A stretch of 64,000 bases of DNA from Gemmatimonadota bacterium (GTDB lineage Bacteria > Gemmatimonadota > Gemmatimonadetes > JACCXV01 > JAHWKZ01). The DNA lies in contig DATLFH010000082.1 of the NCBI GenBank assembly GCA_035524965.1, forward strand, positions 18,989 through 82,988, given 5' to 3'. A program made the position numbers and the translations under genes. Under the pieces are notes generated by a model. The model saw only the letters and a list, made by a program, of their open reading frames with translations. It had not been told where the DNA came from and made no database searches. Below, in pieces: positions 44,783 through 56,762 of the stretch (its first letter is position 1; the number at the start of each line of letters is the position of its first letter).

Positions 44783-45904
44783 ATGCGCTTCACAATCGGT
44801 CAAAGCGAGTTCCTGGACGGGCTGAGCGCGGTCGCGAACATCGTACCGGCGCGAACGCCACTGCCCATCATCGGCAACCTGCACCTGGTCGCGAAGGATG
44901 ACGAGCTCGCGCTGTCGGCGACCGATCTGGACCTTTCGGTCACGATCCGGGTGTCGGCCGGCGTGGAAGAGGCTGGTCAGGTGACCCTGCCCGCGAAAAA
45001 GCTGGCTGACATGATACGCTCTCTTCCGGCGAGCCTCGTTCGAGTGCAGGGCCAGGGGGAGCACGTCACGGTGGAGTGCGAGAGCAGCCACTTTCGGATA
45101 CACGGTCTCCCTGCCGAGGACTTCCCGACATTCCCGACGCTCGACTTCCAGACGGGCTGGACGGTGCCGGCCGGGGTCGTCGAGCAGCTCGCTGCCCACA
45201 CCAGTTTCGCCGCTTCGACCGAGGATACCCGCCCCATCCTGAACGGAGTCCTGTGGGAAGTGGGGAAGGATCGGATGCAGATGGTGGCCACGAACGGCCA
45301 CCGCCTGGCGAAGTACTCCGTGGCGGTGTCCGATGGATCGAAGCGAAAAGTGCAGGCCATCATCGTGCCTCCCAAAGCGCTGGCCCAGATCGGACGGATC
45401 TTTGCGCCCGATGACGCGCTCCAGGTCGCGACCGACGAGAAGCAGATCGGGTTCAGGGGGGAGCGGGGTGTTGTGTTCAGCCGACTCATCGAAGGACCGT
45501 ATCCCAACTACGAGCAGGTGATTCCACGGGACAACGACAAGCGGGCACGGGCCGACAAGGAACGCCTCACCGGGGCGCTGCGCAGGATGGCGGTCATGGC
45601 CAGCGACCAGACGCACCGCGTTCGGCTGGCACTGGAGGACGACATGCTGCGATTCCATGTTTCGACACCGGACGTCGGCGAGGGAAGCGACCAGATGCCG
45701 GTGGCCTTCGAGGGGAGCCCGATCGAGATCGGCTTCAATGCCAGCTATCTCCTCGAGGTCCTTCGATTCGTCGATTCGAGCGAGGTCGAGATGACCCTCA
45801 AAGCGCCCGAGCGCGCGGCGATCCTCAAACCTGTCGGTTCGGGCCCCGACGACGAAGACGACGGGTTCCTGTGCCTCGTCATGCCGCTTCGTCTCCAGGA
45901 GTGA
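44783..45904 (+). CDS. dnaN: DNA polymerase III beta sliding clamp
   Basis: Three-domain clamp sequence (MRFTIGQSEFLDGLSAVANIVPARTPLPI...). Confidence 0.9.
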   Translation: MRFTIGQSEFLDGLSAVANIVPARTPLPIIGNLHLVAKDDELALSATDLDLSVTIRVSAGVEEAGQVTLPAKKLADMIRSLPASLVRVQGQGEHVTVECESSHFRIHGLPAEDFPTFPTLDFQTGWTVPAGVVEQLAAHTSFAASTEDTRPILNGVLWEVGKDRMQMVATNGHRLAKYSVAVSDGSKRKVQAIIVPPKALAQIGRIFAPDDALQVATDEKQIGFRGERGVVFSRLIEGPYPNYEQVIPRDNDKRARADKERLTGALRRMAVMASDQTHRVRLALEDDMLRFHVSTPDVGEGSDQMPVAFEGSPIEIGFNASYLLEVLRFVDSSEVEMTLKAPERAAILKPVGSGPDDEDDGFLCLVMPLRLQE

Positions 45905-46088
45905 TGGCGCCGGCGAGCAGAGAGGGAAGGCTCGCGGAAGCGCGTTCCGACGAACCCGGAGGACACGGTACGAACGAGTAGGTTAGAGCACGTTTTTCAG
46001 GGCCCCGCCGGACCGATTTCAGTGGCCGGAACCCCTTGCAACAGCTATTTTTAAGTGTGCTCTGGTCGAATCGTCCTGGGGGCTTCCG

Positions 46089-47207
46089 GTGCGGCTGACC
46101 GAAATCGGCTTCACTCACTTCCGAAATCTCGCCTCTACACGTCTCGAGGTCCCGCCTGCAGGCGCGATCCTGGTGGGAGCCAACGGGCAGGGAAAGACCA
46201 ATTTTCTGGAGGCGATCCATTACCTGGCACTCTTCCGCTCTTTCCGCGGCACCCGCCACGGCGACGCGATCGCGTTCGACGCCGAGCAGTTTCACGTCGA
46301 GGCCGACGTGCTGTACGAGGATGGCCGGTCGCGGACGATCACGGTGGCGGCCGATCGCGACTGCCGGCGGATCGCGCTGGACGGCGGTGAGGCGTTGCGT
46401 CCGGCAGAGGCGGTCGGAGCGGTGGTCGCTGTGCTCCTGGCGCCCGACGATCTGCAAATCGTGACCGGGCCCCCGGCTGAGCGACGCCGCTATCTCGACA
46501 CGATCCTGGCGCTCACGTCGCGCCGCTACTGGAACGCGCTGCAGGAATACGCGCGCACGCTGCGTCAGCGCAACGGTCTCTTGCGAATTCGATCGCGCGC
46601 GGCGGAGCTGGAGATCGAGTCGTGGGATGATATGCTGGTCGTCGCAGGCACGCCGATCGTCACCGCCCGCGCAGCGCTCGCGAGGCGTCTGGCAGCCCGG
46701 TTCGCGGAGATGGGCGGGCGCATAGCCGGCGTCGGCGAGCGATCGACTTTCGCGCTGACCTACCGTGCGTCGGTCCCGGTCGCAAAGGAGGACGACGGGG
46801 ACGCGGCGCGCGTGGCGACGGCGTGGCGAGAGGCCCTGCTCGAGCGGCGGGCCGTCGATCGCGAGCGCGGCTGGACGACGGTCGGGCCGCATCGCGACGA
46901 GATCCTGGTTCGGCTCGCCGGCCGGCCTCTGGCGCGGTTCGGCTCCCAGGGAGAGCGGCGCACGGCGGCGATCGTTCTCCGGCTCCTGCAGCTCGAGGTG
47001 CTCGAGGCCGATACCGGCCACCGCCCGATCCTCCTCCTGGACGATGTGTTCTCGGAGCTCGACCCGGGCCGCTCCGGGCGGCTCCTGGAGTGGCTCGGGG
47101 ACGCGCATCAGCGATTGGTCACCTCCCCCCGACCGCTGCCCTGGCTCGACGAGTCGCTGGCCCGGTGGACGGTGGAGGGGGGCCGGATCGCCCGGGCGGC
47201 GGCCTAG
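46089..47207 (+). CDS. recF: DNA replication and repair protein RecF
   Basis: Walker A (GANGQGKTN) and signature/Walker B (LLLDDVFSELD). Confidence 0.9.
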   Translation: MRLTEIGFTHFRNLASTRLEVPPAGAILVGANGQGKTNFLEAIHYLALFRSFRGTRHGDAIAFDAEQFHVEADVLYEDGRSRTITVAADRDCRRIALDGGEALRPAEAVGAVVAVLLAPDDLQIVTGPPAERRRYLDTILALTSRRYWNALQEYARTLRQRNGLLRIRSRAAELEIESWDDMLVVAGTPIVTARAALARRLAARFAEMGGRIAGVGERSTFALTYRASVPVAKEDDGDAARVATAWREALLERRAVDRERGWTTVGPHRDEILVRLAGRPLARFGSQGERRTAAIVLRLLQLEVLEADTGHRPILLLDDVFSELDPGRSGRLLEWLGDAHQRLVTSPRPLPWLDESLARWTVEGGRIARAAA

Positions 47208-47536
47208 TGCCGCGTAGGAGAGCGCGCGAGCGGCACGGCATCCGACCGATCGGCGACGCCCTGGACGAGCTGCTCGTCAGGGCGGGCTGGGCGCGGCCGG
47301 TCGAACTGCACGAGGTGTTCCGGTCGTGGGGTGAGCGGCTCGGGCCGGAGATCGCCCGCGCGGCCCGGCCGTACCGGATCGACGGCGACACGCTGATCGT
47401 GCGCGTCGTCAGCTCGGTCTGGATGAACGAGCTGTCGCTCCGCCAGCGGGAGATCCTGGAGCGGCTGAACGCCGGCCGCACGCACAGCGCGGTCAAGCGG
47501 CTGATCTTTCGAATCGATCCCGAAGCGAAGGGCTAA
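47207..47536 (+). CDS. dciA: DUF721/DciA-family protein (recF-gyrB gap gene)
   Basis: Conserved position between recF and gyrB. The GTG start overlaps the recF TAG (TAGTG). About 109 aa. Confidence 0.6.
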   Translation: MPRRRARERHGIRPIGDALDELLVRAGWARPVELHEVFRSWGERLGPEIARAARPYRIDGDTLIVRVVSSVWMNELSLRQREILERLNAGRTHSAVKRLIFRIDPEAKG

Positions 47537-49567
<2,031 letters not shown>

Positions 49568-49601
49568 GTCCTTCCATTCCCCTGAAGACGCCCGGAGAGC
49601 C

Positions 49602-52130
49602 ATGGCGGTAGAGCGCAGAGAGCGGATCGTCCCGCGCTTCATCGTGGACGAGATGCGAGAGTCGTTCATCGACTACTCGATGAGCGTGATCGTGGCGCGC
49701 GCGCTGCCCGACGTGCGGGACGGCTTGAAGCCGGTCCATCGGCGCATCCTCTACTCGATGTCGGAGCTGGGGCTCGTCCCCACGCGGCCCTACAAGAAGA
49801 GCGCAACCGTGGTCGGCGACGTGCTCGGCAAGTACCACCCGCACGGCGACACCGCGGTCTACGATTCGATGGTCCGCATGGTGCAGCCCTTCTCGCTCCG
49901 TTATCCCCTCCTCGACGGCCAGGGAAACTTCGGGTCGGTCGACGGCGACGCGGCGGCCGCCTACCGCTACACGGAGTGTCGGCTGGCGCCCGTTGCGACC
50001 GAGATGCTGGCCGACATCGAGAAGGGCACGGTCGACTTCGCGCCCAACTTCGACGACCGCCTCCAGGAGCCCACGGTTCTTCCTTCCCGCCTTCCCAACC
50101 TGCTGGTCAACGGCTCCTCGGGGATCGCGGTCGGGATGGCGACCAACATCCCGCCCCACAACCTGCTAGAGGTCGTGAACGGCCTGGTGGCCCTGATCGA
50201 GGACCCCGAGATCGAGCTGCCCGGGCTCATGAAGCACATCAAGGGGCCCGATTTCCCGACCGGCGGCTTCATCCTCGGCTCGGCCGGGATCCGCGACGCG
50301 TACGCGTCCGGCCGCGGCAAGGTCATGATGCGCGCCCGAGCGCTGATGGAAACCAAGGCCAACGGTCGCGAGGCGATCATCGTGACCGAGATCCCCTACC
50401 AGGTCAACAAAACGAAGGTGATCGAGCAGATCGCGGACCTGGTGCGCGCCAAGAGGGTCGAGGGAATCAGCGATCTCAGGGACGAATCGGACCGCGACGG
50501 CATGCGGGTCGTGATCGAGCTGAAGAAGGACGCGATCGGGGAGAAGGTCCTGAACCAGCTATATCAATCGACCCAGCTCCAGTGGACGTTCGGCATCATC
50601 AATCTGGCGCTCGTCGCCAACGTCCCGCGCGAGATGGGATTGAAGGAGATGCTGCGCCATTTCCTCGACCACCGGCACGAGGTCGTGGTGCGCCGCTCGA
50701 TGTTCGAGCTGGAGGAGGCCGAGGCGCGGGCCCACATCCTCGAAGGGTTGAAGATCGCCCTCGACAACATCGACGAGATCGTCCAGTTGATCCGCGCCGC
50801 CGCAGACACCGACGAAGCCAGGGCCGCGCTGATGGAACGCTTCGGCCTCTCCGAGAAGCAGGCGCAGGCGATCCTCGACATGCGGCTCGCGCGTCTCACT
50901 GGACTCGAGCGCGAGAAGCTGGAGGCCGAGTACCAGGAGCTTTTGAAGACGATCGCGCGGCTCAAAGAGCTTCTGGGCTCGGAGCGACTCCGGATGGCGC
51001 TCATCAAGGAGGAGCTCCAGGAGATCGCGGAAAAGTACGGCGATCCGCGCCGGACCGAGATCGTCTTCCACGAGATCAGCTTTTCGATGGAGGATCTGAT
51101 CGCCGACGAGGACATGGTCGTCACCTTGAGCCACGCGGGCTACATCAAGCGGATCGCCGCGACGACCTACCGGCAGCAGCGGCGGGGCGGGCGCGGGATC
51201 ACCGGGATGGGGACCAAGGAGGATGACTGGATCGAGCACCTCTTCATCGCCACGACCCACGACTACCTGCTCTGCCTGACCGACCGCGGTCGGTGCCACT
51301 GGCTCCGGGTCTACGACATCCCGCAGGGCGGGCGCGCGAGCCGCGGGCGCCCGATCGTCAACCTGCTGGAGCTCGCCGCGGAGAACCAGATCGCGGCCGT
51401 GATCAGCGTGCGGGAGTTCGACGACGCGCACTACGTCGTGATGGCGACCGAGCAGGGAACCGTGAAGAAGACGGTGCTGTCGGCGTACGGGAACCCGCGC
51501 CGGGGAGGGATCATCGCGATCAACGTGGGCGAGAACGACCGCCTGATCGATGCTCAGCTCACCGACGGCACCAACGACCTCATCCTGGCGACGAAGAAGG
51601 GACAGGCGATCCGCTTCCACGAGGAGGAGGTGCGCGACATGGGACGGGTCGCGCAGGGGGTCAAGGGAATCACGCTGCAGGGCAAGAAAGACGGCGTGCT
51701 GGGTATGGTAGTGGTGCGGAACGAGAAGAACGCGCTCTTCGCGGTCACCGAGAACGGCTACGGCAAGCGCTCGCGGATCTCCGACTACCGGGTGACCCAC
51801 CGTGGCGGCAAGGGAATCAAGACTCTCCGGCCGACGCCCAAGACCGGCAATCTCGTAGCGGTCAAGGAGGTCGTGGAGCAGGACGAGCTCATGATCGTGA
51901 CCACGGGCGGGATCATCATCCGCTTTCCGGTCCTCGGTGTGCGGATCATGGGACGCGCGACCCAGGGAGTCCGGCTCATCAACCTCGAAGAAGGACATAA
52001 GGTTGGCGACGTGGCACGCGTCGTGCTAGAAGAGGACGAGGAGGGCGCTCCTGTCGCGGGCGCGGCGGCGGCGGCCGAGGCGCTGGAGACGTTGGAAGAG
52101 CAACTCCAGCTGGAATCCAAAGAGGAGTGA
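49602..52130 (+). CDS. gyrA: DNA gyrase subunit A
   Basis: Active-site region AAMRYTE-like ([11 protein letters not shown]), GyrA box and beta-pinwheel C-terminal domain. Confidence 0.95.
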   Translation: MAVERRERIVPRFIVDEMRESFIDYSMSVIVARALPDVRDGLKPVHRRILYSMSELGLVPTRPYKKSATVVGDVLGKYHPHGDTAVYDSMVRMVQPFSLRYPLLDGQGNFGSVDGDAAAAYRYTECRLAPVATEMLADIEKGTVDFAPNFDDRLQEPTVLPSRLPNLLVNGSSGIAVGMATNIPPHNLLEVVNGLVALIEDPEIELPGLMKHIKGPDFPTGGFILGSAGIRDAYASGRGKVMMRARALMETKANGREAIIVTEIPYQVNKTKVIEQIADLVRAKRVEGISDLRDESDRDGMRVVIELKKDAIGEKVLNQLYQSTQLQWTFGIINLALVANVPREMGLKEMLRHFLDHRHEVVVRRSMFELEEAEARAHILEGLKIALDNIDEIVQLIRAAADTDEARAALMERFGLSEKQAQAILDMRLARLTGLEREKLEAEYQELLKTIARLKELLGSERLRMALIKEELQEIAEKYGDPRRTEIVFHEISFSMEDLIADEDMVVTLSHAGYIKRIAATTYRQQRRGGRGITGMGTKEDDWIEHLFIATTHDYLLCLTDRGRCHWLRVYDIPQGGRASRGRPIVNLLELAAENQIAAVISVREFDDAHYVVMATEQGTVKKTVLSAYGNPRRGGIIAINVGENDRLIDAQLTDGTNDLILATKKGQAIRFHEEEVRDMGRVAQGVKGITLQGKKDGVLGMVVVRNEKNALFAVTENGYGKRSRISDYRVTHRGGKGIKTLRPTPKTGNLVAVKEVVEQDELMIVTTGGIIIRFPVLGVRIMGRATQGVRLINLEEGHKVGDVARVVLEEDEEGAPVAGAAAAAEALETLEEQLQLESKEE

Positions 52131-52172
52131 GCCCGGCTGAAGGCATCGGCAAAGACCTACCATCGCGAGAGC

Positions 52173-53597
52173 GTGGCAGACGGCTACATTCTCGTCGTGG
52201 ACGACGATCCCTCGATTTGCGACACCTTGACCACGATGTTGCAATTCAAGGGGTACCGCACTTCCGTCGCCCGGACGGGCCGTGAGGCGATCGAGCTAGC
52301 GCGCGAGCACCCCCCCGACCTGGTACTTCTCGACATCATGATGCCCGAGGTCGACGGCCTGGGGGTCTGCCGTGTCTTCCGTCAGGACCCGCGCCTCGAG
52401 GACGTCCGGATCCTCATGCTGACGGCCCGCAACGGACGTCAGGACGTGGTCCAGGCGCTCGAGGCCGGCGCCAGCGACTACGTTACCAAGCCGTTCTTCA
52501 TCGACGAGCTGGTCGCCCGGATCCGGACGAACCTCGAAGTCAAGCGGTACCATGACGACCTGGCCGCCATGCTTCGCATCTCGCAGGCGGTATCCTCCAC
52601 ACTGGACAGCGAGAGGGTGCTGTACACGATCGTCAGCGAGCTGGGGTCGGTCGTGCACTCGGATCGCGCCACCCTGATCAAGGTCGCAGACCAGAGTCTC
52701 GGCTACGTGGTCGCGACCCGCGACGATCCCGAGATGCGCAACAAGCCGGTGGATCTGTACGACTATCCCGAGATCCAGAAGGCGACCGCCGAGCGCCGGG
52801 TCGTGGTCATCGACGATACGCACACGGACCCGCTCCTGGCCGGCGTGGCGAGCCGGATCCCGATGCGGAAATCGGTCATGATCATCCCGCTGGTGATCCA
52901 GAAAGAGGGGATCGGCGAGTATGTGCTCCTATCCTCCCGATCGCACCGACCCTACACGGAGCCAGAGGTCAAGTTCGCGCGGGTCGTGGCGAGCGCGGCC
53001 GCCAACGGGCTCACCAACGCCGCGCTTTACGAACAGGCCGCCATCGACAATCAGCGGCTGACCACGCTCGCCAATACGGACGATCTCACCAAGCTCTTCA
53101 ACCACCGGTACTTCTACCAGCGCCTCGAAGAGGAGTTCAAGCGCGCCGAGCGCTACGACTCCGATCTCGGGCTCATCCTGCTGGACCTCGATCATTTCAA
53201 GCAGGTCAACGACACCCACGGCCACCAGCGGGGGGACTCCGTGCTGAAGGAGCTGGCCACGGTCCTGACCCGCACGATCCGCGAGACGGACCTGCTTGCC
53301 CGCTACGGCGGCGAGGAGTTTGCCGTTCTGCTGCCCGAAACGAACCTGCCGGGCGCCTTCCAGCAGGCCGAACGCATACGGCGCGACATCAAGGCCCACT
53401 ACTTCGAGGCCCTGCAAGGGAAGCCGCTGACGATTTCGTGCGGGGTCGCCTGCCTGCCGTTCAGCGTCAAGGGTTTCAAGGCGCCGCACCACCAGCAGGA
53501 CGCCTTGATCGCCTGGGCCGATCAAGCCCTGTACGACGCCAAGCGCGCGGGTCGCGACCGCTCGATCACCTCCGAACCGCGCCCCGACGGCGAGTGA
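52173..53597 (+). CDS. response regulator with REC, GAF and GGDEF (diguanylate cyclase) domains
   Basis: REC (ILVVDDDPS...DLVLLDIMMP), GAF-like middle region and GGEEF active site (RYGGEEFAVLL). Confidence 0.8.
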   Translation: MADGYILVVDDDPSICDTLTTMLQFKGYRTSVARTGREAIELAREHPPDLVLLDIMMPEVDGLGVCRVFRQDPRLEDVRILMLTARNGRQDVVQALEAGASDYVTKPFFIDELVARIRTNLEVKRYHDDLAAMLRISQAVSSTLDSERVLYTIVSELGSVVHSDRATLIKVADQSLGYVVATRDDPEMRNKPVDLYDYPEIQKATAERRVVVIDDTHTDPLLAGVASRIPMRKSVMIIPLVIQKEGIGEYVLLSSRSHRPYTEPEVKFARVVASAAANGLTNAALYEQAAIDNQRLTTLANTDDLTKLFNHRYFYQRLEEEFKRAERYDSDLGLILLDLDHFKQVNDTHGHQRGDSVLKELATVLTRTIRETDLLARYGGEEFAVLLPETNLPGAFQQAERIRRDIKAHYFEALQGKPLTISCGVACLPFSVKGFKAPHHQQDALIAWADQALYDAKRAGRDRSITSEPRPDGE

Positions 53598-54595
53598 CCG
53601 CCGGGCTGGCGATCGCGCTGGCGGTCGGGCTCGTGGTGGGTGGATTCGCGTTCCTGGGCTGGGGTCTGGTGGGATGGCTGGGCGCATGGCGACTGAATCG
53701 GCCCCCTCCCTCCCGCCCCGAGGCGAACTTCACGTTCACCCCTTGGGAGCTCGGTGTGGAGTTCGAGCCGGTGGAGCTCGAGACCGCCGACGGGGTCGCC
53801 CTCGAGGGGTGGTTCCTGCCCCGACCGTCGAGCCGGCGGGTGGTCGTGGCGATGCACGGCTACCGCGGCAACAAGGCGCAGATCCTGGGGATCTCCAGCT
53901 ATCTCTGGCGGGCCGGCTTCAACGTGCTCCTGTTCGACTTCCGAGGGCGCGGCGGCAGCCAGCGTGCGCCGTTCTCGATGGGGTGCTGGGAGGTGGAGGA
54001 TCTCGTGGCCGCGCTGGAGGAGGCGAGCGCGCGGGTCGAGGACGCCACGATCGGGCTCCTGGGGTACTCGGTGGGAGGGGCGGTGGCGATCCTCGGTGGC
54101 AGTGACCCGCGGGTCGCTGCGATCGTCGTCGACAGCTCGTTCCCCAGCCAGCGCGCGGTTCTCGAGAGCGTGGCCGCAAGGGACGCGCGCCGCGTGTTCG
54201 GGACCCGGCTCGACGGCCGACTCTTCCTGCCGGCCGTCGAATGGTGGCACCGGCGCATGGGGAAACCGGCCTTCGACGACATCGCACCCGAGGCGGCGCT
54301 GCCGGTGCTCGAGGGGACGCCGATTCTCTTCATCCACGGCACGCGGGACGGCATCGTCCCCCTGGTGCTCGCGGAACGGCTGGTGGCGGCCGCCCGCGAG
54401 CCGCACGAGACCTGGTTCGTGAACGGGGCCAGCCATTGCGGCGCATACTTCCTGGACCGCGAGACCTATTGCACCCGGGTGGCCGCGTTCTTCAGCCGAC
54501 ATCTGGGGCGCGAGAAGCCGAACCCGGCGCGTGGCGAGGTCCGCCGGACGGCGGTGAGCGTCCCGCAAGCCGGTGAGGAGCCGAAGCGCGCATGA
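53594..54595 (+). CDS. alpha/beta-fold hydrolase with N-terminal membrane anchor
   Basis: GYSVGG nucleophile elbow. HG oxyanion region (VVAMHGYRGN). The GTG start overlaps the upstream TGA. Confidence 0.7.
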   Translation: MTAGLAIALAVGLVVGGFAFLGWGLVGWLGAWRLNRPPPSRPEANFTFTPWELGVEFEPVELETADGVALEGWFLPRPSSRRVVVAMHGYRGNKAQILGISSYLWRAGFNVLLFDFRGRGGSQRAPFSMGCWEVEDLVAALEEASARVEDATIGLLGYSVGGAVAILGGSDPRVAAIVVDSSFPSQRAVLESVAARDARRVFGTRLDGRLFLPAVEWWHRRMGKPAFDDIAPEAALPVLEGTPILFIHGTRDGIVPLVLAERLVAAAREPHETWFVNGASHCGAYFLDRETYCTRVAAFFSRHLGREKPNPARGEVRRTAVSVPQAGEEPKRA

Positions 54596-54849
54596 CGCCG
54601 CCGGGGACGTTCAACGTCCGCCTCTTCGGCCCTGCGCGCGAGGCCGCAGGGGCTCCGGTCCTGGCGGTAGAGCTGGACGCGCCGGCGAGCGCCAGCGAGG
54701 TGATCGCCGCGCTCGGTCGCGCCTGCCCCGCGCTCATGCCGCTCCTCCCGAGCTCGCGCGTCGCGGTCAACCGCGCCTACGTCGAGGCGGAGACAGCCGT
54801 CGAGCCCGGCGACGAGGTCGCGATCCTGCCGCCGGTCGGCGGAGGCTGA
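54592..54849 (+). CDS. moaD: molybdopterin synthase sulfur-carrier subunit MoaD
   Basis: Small ubiquitin-like protein ending in GG (ILPPVGGG). ATGA overlap with the hydrolase. Confidence 0.75.
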   Translation: MTPPGTFNVRLFGPAREAAGAPVLAVELDAPASASEVIAALGRACPALMPLLPSSRVAVNRAYVEAETAVEPGDEVAILPPVGGG

Positions 54850-54916
54850 TTGGGCCGACTCGCGCTGACTGGCACTCCGGCGGCGGGACTGCTGCCGGCG
54901 AATTTCTGAGGCGGCC

Positions 54917-55369
54917 GTGCGCACCCACTTCGAAATCACCGAAAGCCCACTCTCGATCGAGGCCCTGGTGGCGCGCCTCGCGGACCCTTCCGCAGGGGCC
55001 GTGGCCACGTTCTCCGGTACCGCCCGCAACACCTTTGCGGGCAAGGAGGTGCGCTATCTCGAGTACGAGGCGTACAGGCCCATGGCGGAACAGGTGCTGG
55101 CCGACATCGGTACGGAAATTGCGATCCGGTGGCCGCACGTGATCGCGATCGCGATCGCGCACCGAGTCGGCCGGCTGGAGATCGGCGAGTCGAGCGTGAT
55201 CGTGGCGGTCTCGGCGCCACACCGTCGCGAGGCCTTACAAGCCTGCGCGTACGGGATCGACCGGCTCAAGGCGATCCTTCCCGTGTGGAAGAAGGAGGTT
55301 TTCGCCGACGGAGAGGTCTGGCGCGAGAACGTGTTCGGGAACTCCACGCAGGGAGGTGAGCCGCCCTGA
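54917..55369 (+). CDS. moaE: molybdopterin synthase catalytic subunit MoaE
   Basis: MoaE fold-like sequence (GAVATFSGTARN...LEYEAY...). GTG start. Confidence 0.8.
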   Translation: MRTHFEITESPLSIEALVARLADPSAGAVATFSGTARNTFAGKEVRYLEYEAYRPMAEQVLADIGTEIAIRWPHVIAIAIAHRVGRLEIGESSVIVAVSAPHRREALQACAYGIDRLKAILPVWKKEVFADGEVWRENVFGNSTQGGEPP

Positions 55370-55554
55370 TCACCGCGAACTGCCGCACCCGGCTGACGGC
55401 CGAGGACCTCGAGTTCCTCGTCGATACCCTCGCCCGGAGCCGCTCCGATCGCGACCCTCTGCACGAGCTGGCCGCGGACTCCGATTCGCTCGATCGCCTG
55501 CTCGACAGCCCGGACATTTTTTACCGGCTTCTCGAGGCCCCGCGCCTCCTCCAC

Positions 55555-56088
55555 GTGTCGCCCTATTTCTTCTACTACGTCGTCGTGCGCCGCGTTTTCG
55601 TGGACCACGGAATCGATCGCCGGGTGGCGGCCGATTATGTCGGTGCGCTCCTTTCCTATCATGTGCAGCAGCCCGAACCCGCGTCGAGCCCCGCCGGGCC
55701 CACGGTCTACCTCGTCGACCTCGTGCAGGCGATGGATTCGGCGCGCTCGCCGGAGGAGGAGTTCGCGCTCCAGGCCGGGGTGGGCGACCTCGCGCTCTAT
55801 CTCGCAGGTCTCTTCCCCGACTGGATCTATCACCGTCATACCTGCGGCCGGCGGTTGGTCGGGCTCGGTTACTACGAGGACATGGGCCGGCGCTTCTACG
55901 CCGCGGCCGCGCGAACGGAGCCCGCCCGCCGCCACGATCTCGGCGACGTGCTCGAGTTCATGGCCGCCGAGTTCCCGGCGATCCGCCAGGCGCTGAACGA
56001 TCTCGTCGACGAGCACCTTCATCTCGCCCCCCGTCCGGCGACCGTGGACGCCCTCTGCCGGCAGGCGCTCTACCGCGTCCGGAACTGA
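55555..56088 (+). CDS. hypothetical protein, first of two tandem paralogs (FFYYV motif); likely begins earlier, near 55366
   Basis: The reading frame is open from just after the moaE stop and encodes protein-like sequence (LTAEDLEFLVDTLARSRSDRDPLHELAADSD...). The first canonical start is GTG at 55555. The TGA overlaps the ATG of the next paralog. Confidence 0.45.
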   Translation: MSPYFFYYVVVRRVFVDHGIDRRVAADYVGALLSYHVQQPEPASSPAGPTVYLVDLVQAMDSARSPEEEFALQAGVGDLALYLAGLFPDWIYHRHTCGRRLVGLGYYEDMGRRFYAAAARTEPARRHDLGDVLEFMAAEFPAIRQALNDLVDEHLHLAPRPATVDALCRQALYRVRN

Positions 56089-56762
56089 TGGCCCTCCTCG
56101 GCGAGCTCCAGCGGGTCTTCGAGAACACGTACGGCCGGCCGGCGGGCGTCGACCTGGAGGCCTGCGTCGTGGGGGCGCGTCGTTTTGCCGAGCTGGCAGC
56201 CCAAAGCCCGGGCGAGCACGCGGAGATGTCGGATTGGGCGCGCTTCTTCTACTACGTCGAGCATGCGAACCTGCGGTTGGCGCTCTTCTATCGGGACGAG
56301 ATGATCGCCGCGCTGGAGGCGATCGATCCGCGGCGGTCGCTCGGCGAGTCGAACGTGCTGCCCTTTCTCGTCTTCACCGAGGAGCTGAGTCACGCCGTGC
56401 ACACGACCTACGCCTTCGGGGAGGGGGGCGCCCGGCGGGTCCACGAGCCGAGCTTCGCCGCCGAGCTCGAGCTCCTGGCGCGGATCGATGCCTATCTGCT
56501 CCTCAGGCATTTCGTGCGCGGCCTCGTGCGGCGCTACACGGCGGCCGATCGCGCGTGGGTTCGCCACCACGCGGTGACGCGTTGGGACGTTCCGTACGAG
56601 GACGAGCTCCTGGCGGAGCGGTATCAGGGTGCGGCGCGCATGGCGGCGGCGTACGTCGATCACCTGGAGACCTTGACGCCGGTGGCGCAGATCCGCGAGC
56701 TCCGCCGCTTCCGCCGGCTCTCGCTGGCCGCCAAGCGCGCCCGGATCGCACGGCTCAACTGA
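56088..56762 (+). CDS. hypothetical protein, second tandem paralog (FFYYVEH motif)
   Basis: ATG at 56088 (CTGATGG). Shares the FFYYV core and an aromatic/Arg-rich helical C-terminus with the upstream gene. The 468-aa track ORF 55356..56762 has a nonsensical Arg/Pro-rich N-terminus. Confidence 0.5.
   Translation: MALLGELQRVFENTYGRPAGVDLEACVVGARRFAELAAQSPGEHAEMSDWARFFYYVEHANLRLALFYRDEMIAALEAIDPRRSLGESNVLPFLVFTEELSHAVHTTYAFGEGGARRVHEPSFAAELELLARIDAYLLLRHFVRGLVRRYTAADRAWVRHHAVTRWDVPYEDELLAERYQGAARMAAAYVDHLETLTPVAQIRELRRFRRLSLAAKRARIARLN

Noticed and set aside
54850-54916. Possible Moco riboswitch upstream of moaE
   Set aside because: Only 67 nt are available with no extended conserved helices. 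Moco riboswitches are longer, about 130 nt, and usually precede moaA.
55356-56762. 468-aa ORF spanning the moaE end to 56762
   Set aside because: Its first 240 residues are Arg/Pro-rich nonsense that overlaps moaE. Only the last 224 aa, from ATG 56088, are protein-like. The upstream paralog is in a different frame.
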